64,000 nucleotides of DNA from NCBI GenBank assembly GCA_010093815.1, contig ML996575.1, one strand, 5' to 3'. Positions within the stretch are counted from its first letter, which is position 1, and each line of letters begins with the position of its first letter. The notes beneath the pieces are model-generated. The model was not told the DNA's origin and made no database searches. It was given only the letters and a program-made list of their open reading frames with translations. Positions 11,601 to 24,172 of the stretch are shown in pieces. The DNA comes from Pseudovirgaria hyperparasitica (Eukaryota). Both the position numbers and the translations under genes were made by a program.

Positions 11601-14327
11601 TCCCTTTCTATAGTTATACCTTAATTAGTAATAACGAAGCTAAGGAAGTTAATATAGTTCTAGTGGAACTCGCATTTAGATAGCTTAATATATAGCTTAT
11701 GTTTTTCTAGCCTATCTAGGACTACGTGTACGTGCTAGATATGTTCTTCTTTATTATTAGAGAAGATAAGGATGTTATCGAGGTATACGATACACGTCGT
11801 GTTAAGTAGGCCTACTAGCGCGTTATTAATATACGCTTAGAAGGTTCCTAGCGCGTTAGTTAGTCTAAAAGGGACTACTATGTACTTAAAGTATCTATAA
11901 CGGGTCCTAAACGCCGTTTTCCACTTATCGCCCTTCTTAATATATAGGCGGTAGTAGACGTCGCGTAGATTAAGCTTAGTAAAGATCTTTACACGCCCTA
12001 GTCTATTAATAGACTTAGAGATAAGAGGTAGTAGGTAACGATTCTTTCGCGTAATATTATTTAGGCTATAGTAGTCGATATATAGATAGAGACTTCTATC
12101 CTTCTTCTTTATAAAGAGGATTAGAGCTCCGGCTAGAGATATACTAGGTCTAATCTATTCTCGCGTAAGGTTCTTTTTAATATATTCTTAGAGGACCTAT
12201 AGCTCGGGTTCTAATAGAGGGTAGATAGGTCCGTATAGGGGTTATTAACTATCTTTAAGGTTAATAGTAAGGTTATTAGGTTAGTATTAAGGTAATTTGG
12301 ACGAGTCGATCGCTAACGCAATATGTTAGTATATTTTATACTAATATAGTAGGTTTTCGTCTACTTTAATACTAAGCTCTCTATTTTAAGTAAGTAAGAG
12401 GACGTAGATAGCGGAGATTACCTTTTCGCAGTCCTTCTAGAATTATTCGTCGTCGACTAGCTATACTAGGTTCTATTATAGTGGGTATATACGCCAGCTA
12501 GCTATTTTCTAGATAAAGTCTAGTTTTAGGTTATATTTTTTAAGCTATGGTATACCGAGGATTATATTAAAGGGACTATCTACTATAATAAAGGTTAAGT
12601 AGTAGGGTTTCCACTTCCCCCCGCTATCCTAGATACTATATTTAATAGTATAGGTACCCTACGATTTAATGGGACTATCGATACCATAGAAGGTGGCATC
12701 TATTAGTACTTAAATATCGACGTTAAGTTCTCGTGCTCGTTAAGTCGATATAACGTTAGTAGCTAAACTACTATTAAGTATTACGGTCTAATATTATCTA
12801 TAAGAGACCTTAATAGACCTAGCCTATAGTTTAATATACTAGTTAGCTAGTTATCCCTCTATTTTAGTTACGTCTATAAGTTATAAGGGTTCCTTATAGA
12901 TAGTTAGTTTTTTATATTATATACCGGGTAGTTAGGCGCGATATATTCTAGCTACTAGTACTTATAGTATATAACTAACTTAGTATCTATATTAGTATTC
13001 GGTGGTTTCCCTAAGCGGTACTTAGGTACTATATGGCCTATCCTACTATAGGTATAGTAGGTGACTTTAGGTCGTTTATACGAGTTATTTCTCGCGTCTT
13101 AATATATCGACTAGTAGAAAGATCCGCGGTACGGGCCTCGTCTTCTCGAGTTCGTAGAGTGGTAGCGCCTACGAGGTATTCCGCGCAATCTATTACTAAA
13201 CTAGTCCTCTTTAGACGATTTCGTATTAGATTAGATTAATAGGGATAGTCATGCGCCTATATAACGTTAGTTATTTATTATACGCTAATATTATTCGACG
13301 AGATTCGCGAGTGCCTAAAGGTTAGTAGGGATAGATATTATAAGGTCGATACGTTCCTTTACGCTCGGGTTAAGGGACCTTTTAAAGTTATTATATTATC
13401 GAACTATATAATCTTCCTCGGCTTCTCTCTAAAGAGATTAGAGATATTTAAGGAGTTATAACGGGGATTATCTCTCTCGCTATTAAGTCTTAAAGATATA
13501 GCTCTAAGCCTATTCATGTCGCTTGGCTCTATCACCGAAGTATTAAAGAAGGAATTCGGTGAACGTGTCCTAGTTATACGCATCCTTAGGGTATTTAATT
13601 CGATATACTATCTAACGTTTAGATGGCGTTAGGTCTAGATAGTTCTATATAAATCTAATCTTATTACTATCGTTCGTAAATAGATAGAAGAATCGGCTAT
13701 ACTAGTAAGCCTATTTATAAAAGCTCCTCCTGGTTTTACCGTCGAAGTAAGATAGTTTCTTAGGCTAAGGTAATTAGGATAGTAATAGACTTAGTTAGAC
13801 TATTTCGGCTTAAGTTAGTCTATATTAGTATAGGTTAGTTACTACTAGTACTAAAGCGCGTAGTACGGCTTTAAGTCTAGCGGTTCGTCCTCGCGCTTTA
13901 TCGAGTTCGTAAAGTTACTACTCGAGCTAAGCCTAACGCTACCTCTCTATATATAGCTTAGTATATATATTATCGTAAGGCGTAGTTAACGTTAGTCGGT
14001 TCTAACGAATTAATTCGTTAATATTAATAGGGTCTAGTCTTATAGTAAGGATAGATCTAGTATAGTATAAACTAGACCGCGATGGAGTATAATAGACTTC
14101 TTCCTTATTATCTAGGTAATCTTCTACGGTTATACGGAATACCGTACTAGTTATTAGTGCGATAGCCTATAGGGTATACTTATTAGTAGAGATAGTCGTA
14201 GGGAGACTATTCTCTTCGTTTAGATTTAGAGAGAGTCTCTTATATAAGGTAGTACTATAGGTATTATAGCGCGTAGTAGGAGCTATCTCTATAAGCTACC
14301 GTCGTACTATATAGAGAGAAATTAAAA

Positions 14328-14565
14328 TATAAAGAGTAAAGACGTGGGATAGTAGTCTAATAGTTCATAGAGAGATATAGGAATATATTTATAGAGTAAT
14401 CTTACTCTTATACGAGGTTAATTCCTAACGAGTAGAAATCGGTTTATGTGGTCCACTTATATAGTAACCTCGCTTAACTTAGTTGACTTAACCTAGCTCT
14501 GGCCACTACGTGGCTGCATGGATTATAATGGTCTATATAGGTCCATTATGGTTCCCGTCCTAATA
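14328..14565 (-). repeat. 5' LTR of element B
   Basis: Matches 6444-6681. TATATAA (minus strand) at 14457-14463. Followed by TSD ATAGT. Confidence 0.95.
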
Positions 14566-14570
14566 ATAGT

Positions 14571-15838
14571 AGTACTAAGAACCTTATAAAGTCGTACTAA
14601 GCCACGTCTATAGATATTTAAGATATAGCTTCGAAGGGTATCCGCACTCTTCTATATTAAGACTTCTACCTCTAGATTTACTCTTAAGATAGCTTTATAG
14701 AGATAAGAGTTTTTAATAACGCGAAGAGACTATAAGTTAAGTATAACCTACTTTACTAGTAGTTAATTAAATCTATTAGGACGAAAGGTCTAGATAAGTA
14801 GATTTACCGTAGTCTAATCTATCCTAGCCTTCTTAACTATTATCTTTAGTATATTACCCTCCTTATACTTCCTCTTACTATTTAGGTACTACTAGTATAT
14901 ATTATAGAGATAGTCTACGGCGTTAGTAGTTAAGACTACCTTAAATCTCCCTCCTATACGTTTCTCTTTATAGTAGACTTAATACTACTAGTACTTACCT
15001 CTATTACTAATTTACTCTAGATAGAAACTATACTTCTAGATCTAGCTAAACGCGTTTACGCGCTTAAGTAGTACTATAGGTTTTATAAAGCCTAGAAGGC
15101 GGGACTATATAACGCCCTTATACGAAGACTCTATATCTAGGCCTATAAAACTCTAGGAATCTTTATTATCTTTATCTCCCCTAGTACTACCTATCTCTAT
15201 TACCTCTCTCTCTTATACTAGGTAGCTATATAGGTCTTCGGGTATAGACTAGTATAGTATAGAGCTAGCGCTAGATAGAGGTAGTAGTATTAGCCTACGG
15301 GTAGTTATATTATTATTATTATTATCTTTATTATCTTTATTAAGAGGTAATATATTCTAGGACTTCCTAGGACGCGTGATTCTCTACGTATACTCGACCT
15401 AGGAATATTACTATTTAAATATATTACGAGAGTGTACTTTAGGCGCGCGAACTAGGCGCTAAGAAGCTATATTAATAGTATTAACGCGTGGTAGTAGATA
15501 TAATAATTATAAGTTAAGATAGTAAATACTTTAAAAATATAAGACTTAGAATAATAGCTAGAATAGACTAGATATAGAGAGACTAGTATAGGTTACTATT
15601 AGCTAACGGACTATCCTCGGTAGGTAGCCCCCTAAACTTAATATCTAAAAATACTACTCTATATATATATATATATACTATATATAACTTTAGTTTAACT
15701 TAACTATTAGTAACTTAATTCTACCCTAGAATTAAATTAGACTAAAGATCTAACCCTTAGTAAGAGGCCTTAGTTAAACTAGACTAAGTCAATTCTAGAG
15801 AGGTAGAATTGAAGTTGGACTGATTAATAGGAACTCTG
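14571..15838 (-). mobile_element. 5' part of the same hAT transposon (BED zinc finger remnant, subterminal repeats, TIR)
   Basis: The reading frame joins across the B insertion (...LYKVLST/TILKIYITF). BED-like S*I*KY...Y**Y*VYY...DYLYNIY at ~14895-15050. The terminus reads CAGAGTTCCTATTAATC on the minus strand (hAT-type CAG end), and RIP-type composition stops here. Confidence 0.8.
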
Positions 15839-18241
15839 GGCGTACGTTAGACTTCATCTGACAGGCACGGATGTTTGCTAAGGCTGGTTTCGACTTCTGC
15901 ACAGGCCATCTGAACGCAAACATCATGCGGGGTCAAATTTTCATTTGTCAGAGCTAGAAACATGTGGGAAGTTGCGAAGAGGATGTATCATTTTTGCGTG
16001 CGGCGGTGAGCCGCGCGAAAGGCGAGCAGGGATTGCCAACCTGAGCTCTTGGAGCAACGCCGCAGGCCTATATCTTAGTAAGCGTCGACTATCATGATAT
16101 GCTCCTAGTTCTTCGGTTCATTCGATGAATATCAAGCGCCGAAGAGTGAGTGGATGATTAAATAGAGAAAAGAAGGCTTGCTTTCCTGCTGCTTTGCAAG
16201 TATGGATGGAGCAGCAGAACCTCATGGGACTTCGTCCTCGGGCGTCGAGTCGCGTGCACGAGCTTTTAGCACATTGGAATAAGCATGAGGCTACGACTGA
16301 AAACGAATGCGAACTCCTTTTGTAAAACGGAAGAGAAACTGCCATAGTTCGCCCTCTAGCCTGGTCAGCGGGAGTGCCCAAACAGTGTCCTGCAACGACG
16401 CCGTGCAACATTTGATGAAATGTAAGGGGAGATCCATGTTGCATATTGACTGTACGCACAGATGCATTTTCAGCAATCACCTCATCATTCTGAAGAGCGG
16501 TCATCGGGCTGATACTTGGTATGCAGCCTCTATTTCTATGAAAGATTTCGCTGGCACCGTTGCCGCAGTTGTGGACGTATTCAGCAATATTCGCTCAATT
16601 CATGCAGAGGGGCTACAAACGGTGCGTCCAGTCGCTTATTGGGCTGTTGTAGAACGAAAGAACGAAGGCTAGGTCGAAGACAAGTGACACAATGTAGTGG
16701 GCCATACCTCGCAGCCGATAACGACTTCAAAGTTGCAGGGCATTGCAAGAGGGACTGATGAATGCCAGTTTGAATTTGCATGCTTTCCCGGTGTTCGGGT
16801 CATACAACTTATAGGTTCAATGCTGGACCATGGAACGCTTGGAAAGACAAGGATTTAAGAAAGCACTTTGCCATTCATGTGCCTAGTCAGCTTGAACATA
16901 ACCAACGTGGACTATCATGCCTCAGAGATAGCTCCGGGGGTCGATCCAGTGAGCCATTTTTCGAAACATCCTCCAGTTTGTCCTTTCAGAAGCTGAACTG
17001 TGTTGGCTCGTATCAATTGTGCTACTATATAAGTTTATTGTACGCGTGGGTACTGTACCGCAATATCATGTGGCAGTCTCTGAAGCCATGTCATGGACGT
17101 AATTGAACAAGAATTGGTGGAAGTAATTATAATGCTGAACTACAATACTGCCAAGGAATAACACCTGTGGTGCCCTCCTGACTTATGTTTGTTTGCCTTT
17201 CACGGATCTATGTCGACATGCTCTCCGACATGCTATGGATGTTTCCGCGCGCTAGCTTGGTGTTCGCATTGCTGGATGTGTCAAGCGATATTTTCTACGC
17301 GGAGAACCGTTTAGTAAAAAGATTCGCGATGCGTCACGATCTGTTACAGGACAAAAGTCTCTATCTGGGGCGGTGAAGATAATCCATTCATGTCGGTGTG
17401 GCTGTCGCCACTTTCAAATCACTCGTTCACCAGTTAGCCAATGAGGGTTTCTCTCGAATGCTGGGCTCTAGGATCAACCTTGCTAGACAGCGAGCCACGA
17501 ATGTAAGTATGGGAACAGCAGCTCTCATCATGGTGGGGGCCTTGAAGCAGAGAGCAGCCAAGGTGCTTCTTCAACGGTGCATGTCCACTGGTCGTGTTTT
17601 TACGATTGGTTGAAGCTGGAGAATGACAAGCTTGCTTCGTCTACCGGGACGGCCTGCAGCTACCCGATGGTCCGGGCCAAAACATCCCGTCTTTGACGGC
17701 ATACAATATACTACCATGATTCAGGCGACGAGTGCTGACTGAGTTGACCTATCGCGTACTGAAGGTGGATGACCAGTCTCTTTCTTACGGAATTGGGGGA
17801 TTTAAAAAAAATCGATGTGCATTTCTGTTTCAAAGGCATTCATTGTGGTGGATAGTTAGATCTCAATTAGCAATGATGTCTCGAGAAGAGAGTCCAAGTT
17901 CAAAGAGGCTGAATGGGTACTGACGGCGGAAGAGGGCACACAGAACAGGAATACGAATCCGCAAATACGTAAGGTCTTAACCTTAGGATAAAATAAGATC
18001 AGACTGCGAGGGATGTATGGGAGGAACAAAGATAGAAAAAAAAGAGATATAAGCAGTGATGACGCAGTTGACGTGAAAGTGTTGGCATCAAGCTAATTGA
18101 GGTAGGCCAGGGTGCCATCCATCCATCCATTTGCCGCAGCTGGAGTTCTTCATAGCCACCAACCTTGCTTCCCTGGCCAACACACTTCCCACGACCGACC
18201 ACACTCTAATAATAGCAACGGACGGGAAATGCTGGATACTT

Positions 18242-19356
18242 TTAGCGACGCTGCTGTACGATTATTAGCTATGAGTCCAGAGCGCTGCATTGAGAGGCGT
18301 TTGCTGTACTCACTCACCCTTGTACCTTGACTTGACCCGTTCACCACAAGAGGCCCACTCGAAGACTCAACAACCGTGGCATTTTGGTCCATACGGACTC
18401 TGATCTTCTTCCCTTGAAGAGTTTGACCGTCTAGTACAATCATGGCATTCTGCGCCTCCATACCTGTATCAAACAGTACTGTGGCATGGCCACGAGCCCT
18501 TTTGCGGTCGCGGGGTAGCCGGACTGATATTGGACGGGCGTTTCGTTCTCGAAGGAATGCTTCAAGCTGCTCTTGCGTGGTAGATTGGTCAATATTGGAA
18601 ATGAAAATCCCACGAGCTTCCATCGGGACGGTCCCTCCGTTTGCATTAATCCGCATCTGCTGGACTGGAGGCTGTGGTATATACTGGTATTGGGGCGTTG
18701 CGTATGCCATGACGCTTTGCATACTGTAAGCAGTAGTCGCAATCGGCACCGCATATGGTACTGCCATATAGGTCTGAGTATGTTGCATTGTATTTGCGGG
18801 CATTGGATAAGCATATGCCGGAGCTGTGGCATAGTATGGTGCGGCCATGTGTTGCGGCATTTGAGCCATCATATGTGATGTGACACCTGAAGTGTCCGCG
18901 TAAATGCCTCCAAGATGTCCAACACAGCCAGGGTGGAGCTCTTGACAATTGCAGGCCACTAACGCTGGAGGACTTGTCTTGTCATTGAATCGATGAACGC
19001 CAACGGGAACCCCGTTAAGACCTTTGTTGGTAAGTGCGTCTGGGAGATCTCAATATAGAGCAATCTCTGTTTAGGACTCTTCAGGGCTTACAGTAGGCTT
19101 TATCGGCATCCTCCTCGGTTTTCACGCTGAAATATGCGTCTGTTTGACCAGGTGTAGAACCTTTGAGAAAATCTACCCACCCAGGTTGGCCTCGGATTTC
19201 GCTTCGAAGAAGGTCCTTCAATGTTTGCCAATCGCCTTGTACCTGATACATGTTAATCATGGAAGTGAATGGTATAAGCAATGACTGACTCACATTCGAT
19301 AAGCAGAAGAATCCGCTCTGACTGCTGCTTGCTCCTGAATCTCTTCTGGAGCTCAT
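18242..19356 (-). CDS. RRM-domain RNA-binding protein (4 exons predicted: 19356-19294, 19242-19092, 19039-18318, 18253-18242)
   Basis: RNP2 GIFISNI and RNP1 RGHATVLF, a degenerate N-terminal RRM (WQTLKDLLR) and a GPLVVNGS tail. GT-AG introns of 51, 52 and 64 bp keep frame. The last intron is the least certain; the unspliced frame stops at 18150. Confidence 0.8.
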
Positions 19357-20563
19357 TTTGGCTTCTAACCCGGACAAGTTCGATGATTCGGAGGCACGCA
19401 AATGCCGTTTACTACTGCAACAGTGAGGATGTCGATGTCTGGCACTGTATGGTCACAATGATCACATGAGGGCACCGATGTTTTCGATCCTTCGAGACGT
19501 CTGGGAGATTGGACTTGGAGAGCACAATTTGATATGTTAATACTACTCAAGAGCACATATGCGAGGGTAAATGCCACACTTTATGTTTCTTAGAGGCATA
19601 GTGCATTATATGACATCCAAGTAATACTTCGAAAACAGTTAGCTAAGGGTTTAGAATGGATGATTCTGTTCTGAATGTTGATCTAGGATCAGGAGCAAAC
19701 TGCAGCGGGCGCTCGCGTCTTCGTCAAGGTCTGCATACAGCCAGTCAAACCCAGCGGGGAAGAAGGATAAGTCCACAACCATGATATGATAAATGTCATA
19801 AACCTAGCGTACTGTGTGACATAAAAAAGTCTCGGCCAGTTGAGTAACAAATGCTGAATTGCAAGGTCAGGGTTTGCGGCACGACCCTATGCTGTCGTAA
19901 ATATTCAGAGAAAACATTGAACCATGATTTAGATGATCGGAAAAAGGAATGGACATGGTGTAGGTACCTGCTATTTTTACTACCCACAGCCGTGCCGCAG
20001 TGGACAAGACCTGTCAGGTCATGCTTAATAGGGCCAAACTCATCGTCAATGTGACATTTTCCTGCCGCTCCATTGAGATAAATTTTCTGAGTTTGCACTC
20101 GAAGCTCATGTTTGTCCGCGGCCTTGTACTGAACACTAACCCGATCGGCTCGGAAATGTGGAGTATGACCCAGCTGACTGGCTGGCTGGAGGTCAGTTCA
20201 TGGCAATTAAGGGTATCCCCCTGTCTGCATCAGGTTTTTCAAGATGCCTGCATGCACGACTCGAGCGAATATGGGCGCCCCTGGAATAAAACTGACCATG
20301 TCATCAAAAGGTCCATTCACGATAAAGTCGGTTTGAGGTTAGGAGAGGGCTCATAGTTGCTCGACACTACTAGCGAAGGAAGACATTGCCACTCAAAAAC
20401 TTATAAATCTAGCCGTTGCCAACGATTTATTGTCATCGTGTAGCCTCGAATAGCTCTAGTTCGTGGAATATCAGAGTATCGCAGCTGTCGTTCACTGTAT
20501 CATGCATCTTCCCGTCGGGACCAGCGGGCACCATACCTTGTGTGACGCTTCAAGGACCAACGA

Positions 20564-22182
20564 TCAACTTGACAGTCTTTCATCATTGGGGTAGTCACGT
20601 CCAGATTTTCTCTCGTCCGGGTACCAGATGATGAGTTTTTGATCAAATCCACCGCTCACAAGCCATTCAGTTCGATCATTATCGTTCCTGGTTGGGTTAA
20701 CATAACCCGCCCAGAGGCAGCGTATTCTAGTCCCGCTTGTATGTCCTTTCAGCTGCGCGACGACTTTACCGGAGCTTGAATCGACCCCTCGTATTACGCC
20801 GTCGTCACTATTGACCCAAACGCCTTCCCCTCCATTAGCGTGCGAAATTCAAGGCTGGGTAGCATGTCACTCACCTGATCCGTCAGGTCTCCAGACAAGG
20901 ATAGGTGTTGAGTAGGCTGTTTGCGAGGCCATTGTGTTACAGCTGATCATGATTGCGGCTTCCTCTCGATCCGCAACAAGAAGCTCGGTTCGTGCCTGGG
21001 ATGCTTGTGTTGGCTCTTGAGATGTTATGACATTTTTATCGAGCGGTGGTATCAAAAGGCGAACTATCATCAATTTCATATGCGGCTCTTGGGAGGTTGC
21101 TACTGCCACTATAGATGGATCTCTAGGTGATACAGCTATGCAGGCTGGAGTGAAAGCTACCCATGCGTTCGAATGCGGAGCAAGATTTTGCCGGCCTAGC
21201 AGTTCCATGGATTTGATAGATTCTTCTGTACCTCTGCTAGTTGTGTCTGGAACTGCATAGTAGAATATAGATGTGGAGTTTCGTCTGGTCAAGAGCAAGA
21301 TCGGCTGGGAGCTATCTGGATGCTGCATGAACAAAATCGTTTCCGGCACGCTCGTAACTGTTAGAGTAGCGATCGGCGCGCCAATTGAGTAGGTGGGCCC
21401 TTGAGTGTGATACAAGTTGATTTTGCAGTCCCACCCGGCTGTGGCGATATAAGTCCCGTGAAAAGCTTTCCACTTGACGACACGGACAACATACTTCGTA
21501 TGGTCCTGCCGATGGTGGATAACCTCAGCTTTCTCGAGATCAAATAGCCTAAGTTTCCCAGACATGCTTCCGGTGAGAAGGAGGTTGTGATCTAGATGAA
21601 CCCATGCTAGTACAGGTGAGTCCTGATGTTGATCGTATGTTTTGTCGAGCTCTAAGTGACCTTTGGGCGATGTTGTTTGCATAGAGCAAAACTGCCGGTC
21701 CGCTGAGCTGTAGATAAGACGATGGCTGTCTTCACCATTACTCGAGCTCAGCGATTCAATTGATACATTCAGCAAATTCGACGATGTTGGTAAAACATCG
21801 ACAATCGAAGGTAGCGACGGCGGTACTATCATTCGAGTCAGTTTCCCGATGCTTGCTGCATAGACCAGATTCGATCATAGACGCATACATAATGCATTCC
21901 AACCTCGATTGCCGTCTTCAAGTCCAACCTTCTCAAAATTGAGAACCAAATCAAAAGCTTGTTTCTCCTCTAGAACTTTCTCTATGGTGATGCTATCATG
22001 CTTAGAGGTCGTACCAGCATCAGGTGGAAGACCAGCTTCAGTAATGAACGCAGCTAAGGTCTATCTTGACCAGTTAGTCCGTCAGCGCATGAGGACCCGT
22101 GCCAGTGCTAAATTCGTACCTTGTCATATCCGTTGCTACGAAGAAATCGTGCCACAACCTCCCCAGTAGATGGAAACATCAT
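20564..22182 (-). CDS. LisH plus WD40-repeat protein (introns 22119-22061, 21888-21826, 20874-20824)
   Basis: LisH-like VVARFLRSNGYDKTLAAFITEA. WD repeats LLTGSMSGKLRLFD, IATAGWDCKINLY and LVSGGFDQKLIIW. The splice model preserves frame. Confidence 0.85.
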
Positions 22183-22531
22183 GGATCCTGTATCGTAGCC
22201 CACATGAGATCCTGTGCGGTAGTTCACCCAGCCAGTCAACAATATTGAGATTCGTGAAAGGTGGATAAGGTTCTTGAACGTATTATGCTAGAAGGAGTGT
22301 GATGTAACTACATGACTTCTTTGGGAGCAGCTAATCTTTATGGAGCAGCGTAGAGCAGTCTAACTCAAAGTATAGTAGTCTGATTGTCTCCTTTGATTAA
22401 GCGAGTTTCTAGCCCTTGACGAAGTTTTCACTATGAATTAATTGTGTCTTAGCCTCTTGGGCGCGTGATTGTTCGGTGGAAAAGGTCGTATACTTTAGGG
22501 ACTCTTGAGACAGGTCCTCGATCTTAGCCCT

Positions 22532-24172
22532 ATGGACTCGGTTTTGAGCCTTCAAAAGGAGTTAAGTCAGGATCCGTACAGCGTCCCGCTTCGTATCAAG
22601 CTGATCGAGGCGTATGATACCTTGAAATATCCAGACCTAGCTGCTGGGGAAGCGTATCGGGCAATTCTTCTGATTGACGAGGTCGTCGATGAGTGTGGGG
22701 AATTCCACGAAGAAGCTTTGGAATCTGCCCGACAATACTACGGGGACGTAATACATAATGGTGCAAGTATCACCACAGAAGCGCCGGCTGATATAGATAT
22801 CATCGGTCATGCCCGAGCTGAGTGGTTGTCTACCTTGTAAGCGCAATTCTGCATCAGCCCATTACGAGATCTAATATGTATTCTCAGATACATCAAGATA
22901 ATACGTAGTCTGTGCGCTTGCAACTGTCTGAAAAGTGCATTTGAATACAGTCTACGGGCGGTAAAGGGCTTCCCAGGCCATGAAGCTCTAAGCAAAGAGC
23001 ACAATCAAGTGCTACATGCCATCCGACAACACCTCGAGTCACAAGGCAAATCCTTGGACGAGAATGATGTTATCTTGGATGATTTGCCGGACCGAGGTCT
23101 TGTGCGACGGGAGCTTTATTCATGGAACGAGCATGAGCCAGATCGGTTCTCTGCAGACGCCATAAGTTCACTAAACGAGCAGATGGCCATATCTGCTCCG
23201 AACCTTATAGTCAAGTCTACACAGCTACCTGTTCTGGTCCAGCATGAGAGCCGGGACGAGACACACACAGTAAAACAACTTGGCGTTTTTGCCAAAAATG
23301 ATCTTGAGCCCGGGGATATAGTCCTCGACGAGAGATCACTGCTCACAGCGCATCTTCGCTTTCACGACCCTTTTTGCGATGCCTGTGGAGTTCCTCTTGC
23401 GAAGCTCGGAAGTCCAGGAACCGATGATTACATGCCGTGTCTCGAATGTGACGATGTATGGTTTTGCAGCCAGAACTGCCATGATCTCGCACAAGACTTT
23501 TACCATCCTGCAATCTGTGGTACAGACGTAGAGGTAAGTGCTGCAGATGCTACTGCAGAGGAAGCAGCCGATGCACTCTACTCGTTACTGCTCTTGCGCA
23601 TTTTGGCAATGGCCGAGACTCAAGAAATCGATCCCTTGGACCTGAATGAGGTGAAGTACATCTGGGGTGACTACACAAACACAATCTTGGGCATGGGACA
23701 TGGATCCGAAGCACTTCGCACGCTACCGTTTTCCTTCAAGTACAACATATTCCTGCCCCTCCACATGCTCGAGAAGATGGACGTCAACATATTCGAGACG
23801 AGCACCAAGTATGATTTCTGGGTATTCAATACTCTATATGCCAAGTTCAGGGGAACAGCCTCGGCAAAACAAGGGCTTGATGGCAAACCGGAAATCGCTG
23901 CCGTGCATCCCCTCTGGTGTCTTGCGAACCACAGTTGTGACCCAAACGTCACTTGGGAATGGCGCGGGAGCATCAGATTCACTGCAAAGACTGAACGCGC
24001 GATGTGGAAAGGTCGAGATGAAAGAGCGACACCAGGAATCAAGAAAGACGAAGAACTTCTGAGTCATTACTGCGATATCGAGTTACCTGTCAAAGAAAGA
24101 CGAGAATGGGCAGTAGGTGCACTCGGTGGAATGTGCATGTGTAAACGGTGCCAATGGGAGGAGATGCAATAG
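22532..24172 (+). CDS. SET/MYND (SMYD-like) lysine methyltransferase-family protein (intron 22837-22887)
   Basis: GVFAKNDLEPGDIVL (SET-N), CDAC...CLEC...FCSQNC (MYND), ANHSCDPN, EELLSHY and post-SET CMCKRC. Confidence 0.88.

Larger units (their letters stand above)
6444..14565 (-). mobile_element. Complete Ty3/gypsy chromovirus B (8122 bp), RIP-inactivated
   Basis: Two 238-bp LTRs. 5-bp TSD ATAGT at 6439-6443 and 14566-14570. PPT next to the left LTR (6682-6700). Gag knuckle ~13017-13070, RT CIVYLDNILI ~11767-11796, RNase H, integrase with GPF (~9550), chromodomain FEVDHII...DEDT*E (~9280-9380). Confidence 0.95.

Noticed and set aside
15999..16064. GC-rich multi-stem fold (TGCGGCG/CGCCGCA closing CAGG/CCTG and GCTC/GAGC stems) resembling a small ribozyme
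   Set aside because: No hammerhead CUGANGA core in the right order, and 4-7 bp stems are expected by chance in GC-rich DNA.
16118..17923. Cluster of short overlapping ORFs next to the hAT end
   Set aside because: No recognisable domain, no consistent frame and no convincing splice model.
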